Positions 52,501-62,336 of a stretch of 64,000 nt of DNA are shown here, piece by piece. The translations under genes were made by a program, and so were the position numbers. The stretch is from the NCBI RefSeq assembly GCF_000002075.1, contig NW_004798023.1, forward strand, positions 158,488-222,487, read 5' to 3'. Source of the DNA: Aplysia californica. Its lineage: Eukaryota. Each line of letters opens with the position of its first letter. Position 1 is the first letter of the stretch. Below the pieces are notes generated by a model. It did no database searches and was not told where the DNA came from. It saw nothing but the letters and a program-made list of their open reading frames with translations.

Positions 52501-55500
52501 ACCAGAAGATCAGGGGTGGGGCTGAAAGACAGCAGTAAGAAGGAGCCAAGGAGTAGCAGTAGAAAGGCTCAGGGTGGCCAGGGAAATTTTCCTCCTAAAA
52601 ATCCTACCACACCAAAAAAAATCCTACCACTGTAAGTCAAGCTGTTTCTTGCCATTGTCAGTGTTACGGCTCTCATCAAAGAGAATCACGTAGAGGGGGT
52701 TATTTCGTACACATCTCAGGATAGCCGACTACATCACTGGGGTCATATAAGGGCCGAAGATTAGAGGTGTTACAAATATTCGAGAACTTTTATGTATTTT
52801 CTCGGGTCTTTCCCGAGGCAACTAACAGACTTCCTCAAATTTTCTTTTATTGCCGACGTTTATCCAACCAGCCAATTAATGTTCCAAGGTACCCATGTTT
52901 TGTGCAACTACACTGAAATCTCAGCTATTTTTCAGCCTGAAAACATCTCATGAAGGAGAAGACTCGTGTCAACAACTGCTCTAGTTGATTACTATTATAT
53001 TACCGTTGGTGCTCCTTTCAGTATCTCTCACAACACTTGTTCTGTTCTTAAATAGATTTGGCACCACACTGGTTGGTTTGGGCTTTCATGTGTTTTTGAG
53101 GTACCATGTGAGTGTTCAAAGCTTTTACACCTGAATGACCGATGACAAATACTTGGGAACAAAATTTTCATCTAAACTTGCTTTTATCATCTGGATACTC
53201 CATCAATCATTCTGAATACTTAGGGTTGGACAACCACTCAGTGTTGATGAAGTAGCACTTTCCCATGATGCTGGATCTAGTCTAGATCTCTCTCTCTAAT
53301 TATAGTCTACACATATATAGTCACAAAAATCATAAGAAAAATAAGTCTGTTTCTAGCCTGGGTTTCAATATGCCAAGTGCCGTCAATCTTCTACTCTCCA
53401 AAGACCATCTTGCTGAGTTTTTCCATGGTCAAACGACTATCACCCATCCAATGACACGCCAACCCTTTAGTTCAATAACACAGCTTTCAAGGTATGATGG
53501 ATCCCGATTCCACACAAGTCCTGCCCAACACGCACTATCCAGAAAGCTCTCATTGCAATCAAAATTCTAAATGCTAATGCTAAAATTTGCTACCAAGTTC
53601 AGTTTTTTCCCCTGGTGTTGCCTTTAACCCCCCCCCCCCCCCCCCAGTGTATCCTTAAAAAAAATTAATAATCCCCCCATCCCGGAGTCCTATGCTTCGC
53701 AACGCTCAGACTTGGAATGAACTTTAGTAACCCTAACATTTGCGGTACTCACTCGACGCCCTATCATCATGTGTGTGACATACAAACGCGCAGGTTCAGT
53801 GACCGGTCACGACGGCGAGACCGACAAGACACTTGTAGGCCTATAACTTTCTTTTCTTTTTACACAAGTGACAAATATAGATTTATTTTCATAGCGACAC
53901 AGCCTTTGTAATGCACAAACTGCATGTTACAACAATGTATTTCATTGCGACACAGCCTTTGTAATGCACAAACTGCATGTTACAACAATGTATTTCATAG
54001 CGACACAGCCTTTGTAATGCACAAACTGCATGTTACAACAATGTTGTGTTATTAGACTTTTACCGGCAAATTTCAGGGTGGTAGTGAAAGCGAAAGTAGA
54101 TCTAGATTTTCCCAATCGGGCCTCGGCATCACTCGTACACTTCCGCTTGCCGCCATAGACGCCTGTTCGCATGAAACGTACTCTCAGACCGGGAAAAGCT
54201 GAATGATCGCGACCAACAAAATGAACTTAGGGACGTTATTGGATTTGGTTTTCAAATATTCGAGAACTTTTATGTATTTTCTCGGGTCTTTCCCGAGGCA
54301 ACTAACAGACTTCCTCAAATTTTCTTTTATTGCCGACGTTTATCCAACCATTTCCGTCGGAACAAAATTTTTCCTACAAAAATCCGACTTATCCAACCTA
54401 AACAAAAATTTCCGACTTCCCCGGCCACCCTGAAGGCTGCAGAAAGAGTCACGAGCCCAGAGTAGGGGGCAAACGAGGTGAGGGGGTGGGGGCAGAAAGA
54501 GGAGACGAAAGCAGACGACAGAACATTGCTAGAGAGCAGGAAAGGGGGTGAAAAGAAAGAATTTTCAGAGAAGAAAATTTTTCGCTTGCTACCCGGATTC
54601 GAACCCGGGACCTTTGAATGAGAGGCCAACACCTTAACCTCTAGGCCACGACAGCCCCCTAACAAGAACTGGACAAACATGGTTTCAGTATACTGAATGA
54701 TCTAACCTCATTTGAGATTTTCTTGGCAGCCAGAGACTTCTCCGATATGCACATCCACAAGCCAAAGAGGAACATGATCAGACCATGACCAGCATCGCCA
54801 AACATGACAGCAAACAAGAAAGGGAAAGTGATGCAAGTGTACGGGGCTGAAATGACACGACGAAAAAAAAAGAAGAAATTTAAAAAGAGTTTTAGTGAAC
54901 ATCAATAAATATTTATACAGCAAAAACAAGATATAACAGCCACGGACCCAATGCAAAAACTGATCCCATTGTATAATGTTTGCTATTGATCAACAAGAAT
55001 CAATATTAAAAAATGATAAAGGTTATACATACCAAACACTTATGAGTAGATTCATTCTTTTAAAAATAAAAGAAACTTTATATTTCTGGTTACGAACCTG
55101 GGAAAAGTCTGGAAGATTCCTTAACAGCTCAATTTTCACTAAACTGAAAAACTCTGAGGGTAATAGGGTTTGAACTGAAATTAAAGCAAATGCAACAACT
55201 TGTAGAATACTGACAAAGTGGAAATCTCTTCATTATCATACCTGGGTTGACCTCCTGGTATGTGCCCACACCGTAAGCATCCACAATGTTCTGGAAGCCC
55301 TTCACAAACTTGTTGGAATTGTAGTACGTGGGAGGAGCTTCGTGCGTGTCCATCGGCTGGATGACACTTGGGATAGAACTGCCACTGACTTTCTGCGAAT
55401 CAATAAAAATTAGAAAATGAAAAAAAAAAACCCAACTAGATAAATGTACTTCTGTGGATCAATAAAAATCGGGCTGCAAATGAAAAAGAATGAGATAAAA

Positions 55501-58500
55501 TGTACAAGGACTTGAGGTGTAAGAAGACAGTAAATACACATAAAAGATGCGATTACACAATACCATATTATGAATAATCACTTCCTTTCTCATCCTGAAT
55601 CAGGCCTGTAACTAACATTTTTCACCTTTCCCTATCCTCGGCAAGCCTCTTGACATTATGTCATGTCTTTCTACTTTTCTGTACATTTATAGTATATAGA
55701 TACCAATATATCTTATAGAATCTGAAAGGAAAAAAAAAAAAGAATTCTCACTCTTGTTTAAAAAATAGACTGCTATGTCTTTCAATTTCTGCCCAATTCA
55801 GACATACAATACAAACACACCAAACAACAATCAACACCCCCAAGTATTAGTAGAAAGAACATCCTTCCATCGCTTTTCTTTCAGTGCCTTTTCAAAAAGA
55901 AACACAAGACTAGTACAAGTCTAAAGTGGATGGAGCCACTAAAGATAAACCTAAATCAAAGACTCAAAGACCCGCTCAGAGAATCATCATGCTACAAACC
56001 TCTCCCAGACTGAGAGCATTCCTGATGTCATCTATGGCCCGTAGAGGAAACCAGCACTCGGCAATAAGGCTGTTCTGGTGCACTTTGAACATGTTCATTG
56101 TGTGGTAGATAGCCTTGATCTTCTCAACCTTGATGATCCAAGAGCGAAGTTCTTTCCGGGCATTTTCCAACACACGGAGTCTGTGATCTCTGCTCTGAGC
56201 TAAAACCTGGAGTGGAGTTAAACAAAACAATATTGAAGATTCAACTAGTTTAAGATTACAACAAAAAAAAACCCCGCCAAAATACGCCACACTCAAATTA
56301 GCATATCGATGGTAACAGTTACAAACAATGCAAGTTTGAAAACATGGAAAGCCGAGTGTCTAGCGTGCCAGGAAATGGATCTACACATATATTTTGCGGA
56401 AATGCTGTATTGAAAGATTTTCACCCCGTAAACTTGCACAACATTAAGAGGATTTCCAAGTGATTTTTTTCCAGACACAAATAAAAATTGACCCCATTTT
56501 AGACCTATATGGCCAACATCCCTTTCTTCACACATGCAATAAAAACTTATTTGTGTATTTGAGCATGAGTGCATATTAGTGTGTATAGAAGAAAAAAAGA
56601 AAGAATAGGGGTTAATTAAACATCTCAAACAGTTAACTTATTGACTGAAAGAAGGCCAAAGTAAGCACTGTAAATTAAGGAGAGTATATTAAAAAATGTT
56701 TTCAGTTCTGTCAGATACTGGAAGAAGAAGAAAGAATACAAATTAAGTTAACAGAAGGGGTCTGCTAAACAGATTGCAGAACTGAACATTTCCAGAACAA
56801 TAAATTCCAAGATTACTTTAACAGACTTACATTTTCCAGGTCAGCTAGTCTAGTGGTGACACCAACCAACATGTCAGCTCTTTTTCCCAGATCATCAGGT
56901 AAAGGATAGACAGTCCCTCTCAGTCTGAAAATAAATAAACGCAAACAAAATATTTAAAAAATTTTTTTTTAAAAACCCAATTGAATATTTGCCTAAAAAT
57001 GTCTGCATGGTGGCGAAATGCTCGATAGATCTCTTTATTTGTGTGCATTTATGTCATAATTCTATAAGCACTAATTCAAGGTCCACAACTGAAGCAAGAA
57101 TAAAAATCACATTGAACACAAAGTTTACCATATCTTATGAAGCTCCCATTTGCTTCTTGAGTATTTTTTGTCCACACCTCAAATTAATTCCCTTAACTAT
57201 AGTCTACTTACAAAGAGAAAATAAAGCGAAGACAAAAGAACGTATTAAAACACATAAACAATTCATTCAAAACAAAGGACAGGTTAGGTTTTGTGAACCC
57301 AAATAGCCAGTAGGTACCACATCGGAGTCTACCTAATAGTGTCATCCATGTTAGTCAATAAGTTCTGAGGAAGAGCTTTTCTTTACTTTTAGCAGTCCGA
57401 CAAACCGATCAACCCGCTCCATGCCAACCTGAAGAGCTGCTAAAATTTTCTGACGCACTAATTCACACCAACTTACCCTTCACACACTTTTTTGCACTTG
57501 TTCTTCAGCTGGTCTCCTTGGTAGAACATTATGAACATGCTTTTCTTCAGCATATCACCCTGGCAATAAGAAAAAAAAAACAACCCAAAATGTTTCACAT
57601 GTCTTCTAAAAAGGAACAGACTGCAACCAAAAAGAAAACCCCCACATTGAAACCAAATACTAGTCAACCATAAGAAGTCAATTTTTTTGGGTAAATATTC
57701 TTAACTCCCCTACAGTTTCTATGGAAATTTTTTTTTAACGAACAAACAAACAAAAATAATAAATTAAATAAGATATTAAATAAAGCATTACAATAAGCAG
57801 CCTTATAAAAAACACTACAACATACATCTCTAACATCATATCTTTATAGTCTCAAATTTAACACAAATTGCTATTACAACTCATCATGAACCTACAGTGA
57901 TGGGATCCTCCAAAGGCTGGGCTATTTCCTCAGTGCGCAGGTACACGTTGCTGTGTGTCACAAACTTCAACACTCGCTCAAACACTGGGACTTTCTCACG
58001 TAGGATGGTACCAACATGATAGCTGCCAAGACGAACAGAAAATATAAAAACATAAGACTTTAGTTCATTTCATGAAAGTACAATACATTGACATAACCAA
58101 AATGTTTATGTGGGCATCTCAATTTCCGGGACAAACGGTTTTTGAGCTAAGGTGAGCTTCATCGTCACTGGAGCAGAAACCAAACATTGACTTCTCCATA
58201 CTTAACAAAGCACAACCCAGGGGAAACCCCCCCAGATTATATAGAAACTTAGATTAAGCCAAAGAGAAGCTTATTATTCTTTTTTTCTCCCTTGCTGCAG
58301 TAAAGAAACAAAATATGCTCTGCCAGTTTAAAGGATCGCCACCCATGAACCGACATTAGGAAAAGATATACGAATATGGTTTCAGTATATATCACACTAA
58401 CGGAAATTCTCATGCAACACATAATATGTAAATTAGGATGTAAAGACAGAAAAACCCATCTTGTGCTTTTTGACATTAGACATTCCAACTTCTTCACCAA

Positions 58501-61500
58501 CACATCTGCACGCCTCAACACACGTAATGTAACAAAACTTAGACCTGCATGTGAGCCTCAACCAGATTGTCTGAAAATTTTGCGCAATGAGAGCTTTTGA
58601 CGAGTGTCAAGAGGAAGGACTTCCGAGTAACGAGCGACCACCCCAACAAACACAATAAAGAAGAGACCCAACCCTAACCCTACCCCAAAAAAAGAACCTG
58701 CAACGTCCCTCATGTAAAAAGGCCAGCACAAGTCCAAAATTTAAACAAATTAAAACATCACACTCCAAAATAAAAAAGGAGCATAATATGGCCTCCATCT
58801 ACATTGCTACTAGATTCTCTATAATAGTAGGGTTTGATTGATACAATAACACAATAGAATTGGAATATATGAATCTTTCATTATATATATATAGATCTAG
58901 ATCTGATCTAGATCTTGTAGAACAAATGAATAGGAATAGGCCTTGAACGAGAAATCCGCATCCGATTCTGAACAGAGGGACTCAGCTGAGTCTAGAACTA
59001 GAATCTAGATGTAGATTCTAAATAAATAAATAATTCACGCACCTGATGAAATGCTTTTTACCAACATTAACATTACAGCACAACCTATAATAGGGTTTGA
59101 CACGAAAGAATTGGAATAAGCATCCTCCATTGAGGTCTATAATGATCTTTACTCTATAAATCTAGTTTTACACTCTATTAAAACAAGTGAGTCGGACTTG
59201 AACAAATCCACATGATCTGAACAATTGAATTAATCAACAAACGAAATTCATAATGGCCGCTCGAGCACGAAACTGAAAGTAGATAATTTAGGTCGTCATC
59301 CTTTTTCGTATTCGCTTTTCTACTCAGATTCCGACAATTATGTCGGAAACGCCGACGTCGGCACGAAAACGAAAGTGTCGACAAAGCCGACGGGAGAAAA
59401 AGGGGGCGCTGGCAGTCGGCCAGGCCTCGCACAACGCAGATTGACTACTAATACAGGTGGGCCTAGCGATAGCATCGGCCGGCTCGCGGGTCGGGTCGCG
59501 ATTGTCGGATTTCAGACGATTGTCGGCAAACATGCAGGTCTAAAAACTTACCCAAGAGCTGCAGCTGGAGGGGCCCTAGAAGTGCCAATCACAGCTTCTT
59601 CGTTTTGAGGAGGTTGAGCGGGTGCATCTCCATCCATAATCTGTTGGATGTCTTGACCGTACTGTAGAAACAAAGATGCCAGGAACTAAGTCCCTGCAGC
59701 TCCTAATTGTACTCACCATATCAACATTAATTACTTTGTCAGCCATCTTCCAGCAGAGAACAATACAATGAAACTCCATCCTATGATGTTTTAAGGCCTG
59801 ACCTTCAATTTCACAGAGTCCGAGTTTCAAGTGAAATAAAGGTACACCTTACACAGGCATATTTTAGCGACAACAACAGGAATATCTGTCCTAGCTGCTC
59901 TACAGAGCAAGTATTATAAGAGTAAATAACCAGTGGTGCTATCAAACACTTGTTTATGCGAGTAGTTGCTCCCTTCTCTTTGGAATTGCCTCCCATGAGC
60001 TGCTGTTTTTCTCTACTTAATATTCTCTACATCTTTGTGCGTCTCAGTTCAGAGAATGAAAGTTTCACTGTAATTGTAAAAAATCCAGAACACAATGTGA
60101 CAATGCCATGACTATGTTTCATAAAGGTAAGAAAAAGACAAGTATCATCATCTTGAGGTTGGATTAGTCCTAAAAATTAATGTATCTATCAATCTATTAA
60201 TAACAGCAGAGTTTACCCCCAAAAAAAAATTGAACGAAGTTATTAACACAACTTGTATTATTTTTAATTACATAATATGTAACTTGTCTTCACAGGTCTC
60301 TTGTGACCGCTGTTAGAATCTGCAAACATTTATCCCATTTATTCACTTACAGCTTGTAAGTAGTCACGGGTCTTGGTCAGCACCTCCCTCAACTCAGTCA
60401 GCTCAAGGTAGTTCTGCTTGATGGCTTCGTTGTTGGTGTTCACCTGGCGAAGCTCATTGTCCATCTTCTCAAACTCCACCTGGACATGGGAGAATTATAA
60501 TAAATAATAACAATTGCATTTATATGCCACATTTCCACGCACTACAGCATGCTCTTTGTGCTTTACCAATCTTTCCCACATGAATTATCAACACTACCTC
60601 AACCAGCACAATACCATTCATTACAACTTATTAAAAACACATGAAAGCCTCAAGTAAACCAAATTCACCAAGAAAAAAAAAATTTCATTGCGAACCATTT
60701 TACTTTTCGAGTTGCCATTTGGATAAGATCTATGTTAAGTAAAATTAAAGAAATTCTTAACCTCTTTGGTAGGATACTATAAACAATTTTATAAATGCAA
60801 CCACAGCTAGCTGGAAACTCCACTGCAACCGAACAACTTTTTCAGAACAGTTTAGGTGGCACCATGAACCTAAATTGATGGAAAGCATATCTTTACCATG
60901 GCGATGTTAGAGTGAAAGAACAACAAACAAAAAGACAAAATTGTAAGAATTTGACCCTGGATAAACCCAAGGGCCTACTACATACGACAAAAATACACAG
61001 CAATCTCTATCCACAATTCAAGACATTTTACAAGTATCCTCCACAGTGAAACCACAAAATAATTTCGCACCAGAACATGAAACCCTTTCAAAGAGCTTAA
61101 ACACACTCCATGACACGCTCAATCACAAACTTATAAATCCATTCCTCAAATTAGTGTCATAATTTGACATCAACTTTTTCAGAGGATACATAAATCCTGA
61201 TATGATCAAACTAGAACAGTTGGCATTAGCTAAAATTTAGAAAAACGAAAATATCAAATATAAAGAACACTCCAAATAAAAGTGTTCTTTCAGTCAACAA
61301 TACATACTTCAACCAGTAGGACTAAATAGATAAGACAAGCAATAAAGATAGATACAACTAAATCACACACACAAAAAAAGCAAAGTACTTGCCTCTAAAT
61401 CATTCATCTCTTTTGGAAAAGGAGCCTTGGGATTTTCTCCGTAATCAGGGATTTTCCAGTCCTCTTTTAAGATCTCTTTCTCGGTGTAGCCTGTAGCATG

Positions 61501-62336
61501 TAAAAACACATGAAATCAACATCTTCAAAAAAAAGTTTTAAAAATATGTATGAAAAGTCACAAATTGCCTAAATTTCAATTACATTTAAAATGTCAACTG
61601 TACGCAAACAATATCAGCAAAGAAGGGGCCTCAGAAAAAACCTTTACAAGGTACAAAAATCAAACAAAATTCATCCTCATTTCGCTTATAAAAGAAAAGA
61701 CATTTTCACCTTTAGCCCATTTCTTTACACTGCTGACACAGACGAAGCATTGAAAAAATCAACCACAGCATACCATCAGAACACAAAGAAATATCCAAAA
61801 TAACATCCAACATGTCAATTAAAGCTCAGACTCCCGAGAAGACACTTACGAAGTTTTCTTTCCATCTCTTCACACCGCCTCACTTCATTTACAAATGTCC
61901 GTTGGAAAGCATTGACATTTGCATTCAACTGAGGATGAACATAAGTTGATTGAATTTGAGTTTGGGACCAAGTTCCAAAACATTAAAATTCAAGAGAGAA
62001 TGAAAGCAACCAACAAAAGCATACCATTTATGATTTTCATCAGATTCCACACACAAAATTATGAATCCGACCGGTTACTCACAACAAACAAAACCCTTTT
62101 GATCAAAACTTTCTTTACTTATGAAGTTTCAAAAAGTATTGGCAGATAAAACGATCAAAAACATGTAATCTTACTCAGTCTTAAAAAACCCACAAAATTA
62201 TAAAATATCAAACACTCACATCTTTAAACTGTACCAGCCCGATCTCACCCAGCTCTGAAACACAAGCATACGCAGCTTCTGTTTGCAGAAAGAGCTGGCA
62301 CAGTCTCATCTCTTCACTTCGAAATAAGGAGCCCAT
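34291..62336 (-). CDS. ATP6V0A1: V-type proton ATPase V0 subunit a (116 kDa, ATP6V0A/Vph1 family; paralog not resolved), at least 22 coding exons, about 885 aa without optional exons
   Basis: 2658-nt spliced [13 protein letters not shown] start, [37 protein letters not shown] with the essential Arg, [18 protein letters not shown]. Confidence 0.95.
34640..34805 (-). mobile_element. Family A retroposon
   Basis: Same consensus. Confidence 0.85.
35359..35476 (-). CDS. ATP6V0A1: V-ATPase a exon ([39 protein letters not shown])
   Basis: ttcttcag acceptor, GTAAGC donor, 118 nt. Confidence 0.96.
36001..36249. mobile_element. MITE
   Basis: CTGCCG.AA.CTGACAAAA.GCCTTTTT inverted termini; related end near 23430-23457. 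Confidence 0.7.
36323..36409 (-). CDS. ATP6V0A1: V-ATPase a loop exon ([29 protein letters not shown])
   Basis: tttttcctaag acceptor, GTAAGT donor, 87 nt; acidic/His-rich as typical before TM7. Confidence 0.85.
37287..37337 (-). CDS. Probable cassette exon ([17 protein letters not shown])
   Basis: cttctttacag acceptor, TTG/GTACGT donor, 51 nt, phase 0-0. Confidence 0.6.
41935..41949 (-). CDS. Candidate 15-nt micro-exon (QLWRG; 12 nt via NAGNAG)
   Basis: gtttgtttcttatag acceptor, GTAAGT donor. Confidence 0.3.
42172..42201 (-). CDS. Candidate cassette exon ([10 protein letters not shown])
   Basis: tttttcccacag acceptor, AAG/GTTAAA donor, 30 nt, phase 0-0. Confidence 0.35.
44051..44131 (-). 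CDS. ATP6V0A1: V-ATPase a loop exon ([27 protein letters not shown])
   Basis: tgtatag acceptor, GGG/GTAAGT donor, 81 nt, phase 0-0, GC-rich relative to intron. Confidence 0.7.
44718..44905. repeat. Minisatellite, about 62 bp x3
   Basis: GGAAAG(C/T)GTGTTC(T/C)TA(C/T)GGAAC-type unit recurring three times (GGAAAG..GTGTTC..GGAC..TGTTGAC). Confidence 0.85.
46340..46405 (-). CDS. ATP6V0A1: V-ATPase a loop exon ([22 protein letters not shown])
   Basis: pyrimidine tract plus ttacag, GTACGT donor, 66 nt, phase 0-0. Confidence 0.75.
47458..47562 (-). CDS. ATP6V0A1: V-ATPase a exon 17 ([35 protein letters not shown])
   Basis: gacag acceptor, GTGAGT donor, 105 nt; hydrophobic helix at the VPWMLxxKP position. 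Confidence 0.9.
47947..48032 (-). CDS. ATP6V0A1: V-ATPase a exon 16 (FINMFMLKY...FYDGQ)
   Basis: ttcag acceptor, GTGAGT donor, 86 nt. Confidence 0.93.
48056..48233 (-). mobile_element. Family A retroposon
   Basis: Same consensus; tail about 20 nt upstream of the exon 16 acceptor. Confidence 0.88.
48330..48580. repeat. Diverged ~100-bp local duplication (period about 150)
   Basis: GATTATTTCACAAC..CAGGT.CACA.GG.TCTTGTCCA twice. Confidence 0.75.
48837..48988 (-). CDS. ATP6V0A1: V-ATPase a exon 15 (HFKRKID...FLPEMLFL...APSLLI)
   Basis: aacag acceptor, GTGAGT donor, 152 nt. Confidence 0.94.
49796..49914 (-). CDS. ATP6V0A1: V-ATPase a exon 14 ([19 protein letters not shown]...FNH)
   Basis: tacag acceptor, GTAAGT donor, 119 nt. 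Confidence 0.95.
50461..50551 (-). CDS. ATP6V0A1: V-ATPase a exon 13 ([14 protein letters not shown]...GVDP)
   Basis: cacag acceptor, GTGAGT donor, 91 nt. Confidence 0.93.
50572..51105 (-). mobile_element. Two family A copies (50572-50720, 50975-51105)
   Basis: Same consensus, CGGCACTT/AAGTGCCG stem subfamily. Confidence 0.85.
51464..51600 (-). CDS. ATP6V0A1: V-ATPase a exon 12 ([10 protein letters not shown]...WKPNM)
   Basis: tttcag acceptor, GTAAGT donor, 137 nt. Confidence 0.95.
51655..52110 (-). mobile_element. Cluster of four full or partial family A copies
   Basis: Repeated tail and body motifs. Confidence 0.8.
52570..54432. mobile_element. Non-autonomous TIR DNA transposon, 1863 bp
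   Basis: TIR CAGGGTGGCC(A/G)GGGAA; 6-bp TSD AAGGCT at 52564-52569 and 54433-54438; no transposase ORF. Confidence 0.88.
53887..54043. repeat. Minisatellite, 53 bp x3, inside the nested transposon
   Basis: TTTCATAGCGACACAGCCTTTGTAATGCACAAACTGCATGTTACAACAATGTA. Confidence 0.95.
54707..54846 (-). CDS. ATP6V0A1: V-ATPase a exon 11 ([22 protein letters not shown]...SNE)
   Basis: tttcag acceptor, GTTAGA donor, 140 nt. Confidence 0.95.
55242..55392 (-). CDS. ATP6V0A1: V-ATPase a exon 10 (KVSGSSIPS...PPTY...YQEVNP)
   Basis: cag acceptor, GTATGA donor, 151 nt. Confidence 0.95.
56000..56206 (-). CDS. ATP6V0A1: V-ATPase a exon 9 (VLAQSRDHR...[10 protein letters not shown]...LIAECW...LGE)
   Basis: cag acceptor, GTTTGT donor, 207 nt. 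Confidence 0.94.
56831..56924 (-). CDS. ATP6V0A1: V-ATPase a exon 8 (LRGTVYPLP...RLADLEN)
   Basis: ttttcag acceptor, GTAAGT donor, 94 nt. Confidence 0.93.
57477..57559 (-). CDS. ATP6V0A1: V-ATPase a exon 7 (GDMLKKSMF...KVCEG)
   Basis: cag acceptor, GTAAGT donor, 83 nt. Confidence 0.94.
57896..58022 (-). CDS. ATP6V0A1: V-ATPase a exon 6 ([10 protein letters not shown]...LEDPIT)
   Basis: cag acceptor, GTAGGT donor, 127 nt. Confidence 0.93.
59552..59661 (-). CDS. ATP6V0A1: V-ATPase a exon 5, variable region (YGQDIQQ...AAALG)
   Basis: tttctacag acceptor, GG/GTAAGT donor, 110 nt, phase 0 to 2 as required. Confidence 0.85.
60351..60479 (-). CDS. ATP6V0A1: V-ATPase a exon 4 ([14 protein letters not shown]...YLQA)
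   Basis: cag acceptor, GTAAGT donor, 129 nt. Confidence 0.94.
61393..61490 (-). CDS. ATP6V0A1: V-ATPase a exon 3 (YTEKEIL...[10 protein letters not shown]), GC donor
   Basis: 98 nt, donor GAG/GCAAGT. Confidence 0.9.
61850..61928 (-). CDS. ATP6V0A1: V-ATPase a exon 2 ([26 protein letters not shown])
   Basis: cag acceptor, GTAAGT donor, 79 nt. Confidence 0.95.
62220..62336 (-). CDS. ATP6V0A1: V-ATPase a coding exon 1 ([10 protein letters not shown]...VQFKD)
   Basis: 117 nt, GTGAGT donor; upstream acceptor puts the exon start at 62379, so a 5' UTR exon lies further upstream. Confidence 0.95.

Larger units (their letters stand above)
52263..54660 (-). mobile_element. tRNA-derived SINE, copy 2, split by a nested DNA element
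   Basis: A box TGGCCTAGAGG, B box GGTTCGAATCC, core motif GCACGTTAAAGATCCC, poly(A) tail, TSD AACAAGAA at 52255-52262 and 54661-54668. Confidence 0.88.

Noticed and set aside
54585-54660. tRNA(Glu)-like gene
   Set aside because: Acceptor and anticodon stems do not close properly, and it continues into a SINE body with poly(A) and TSD
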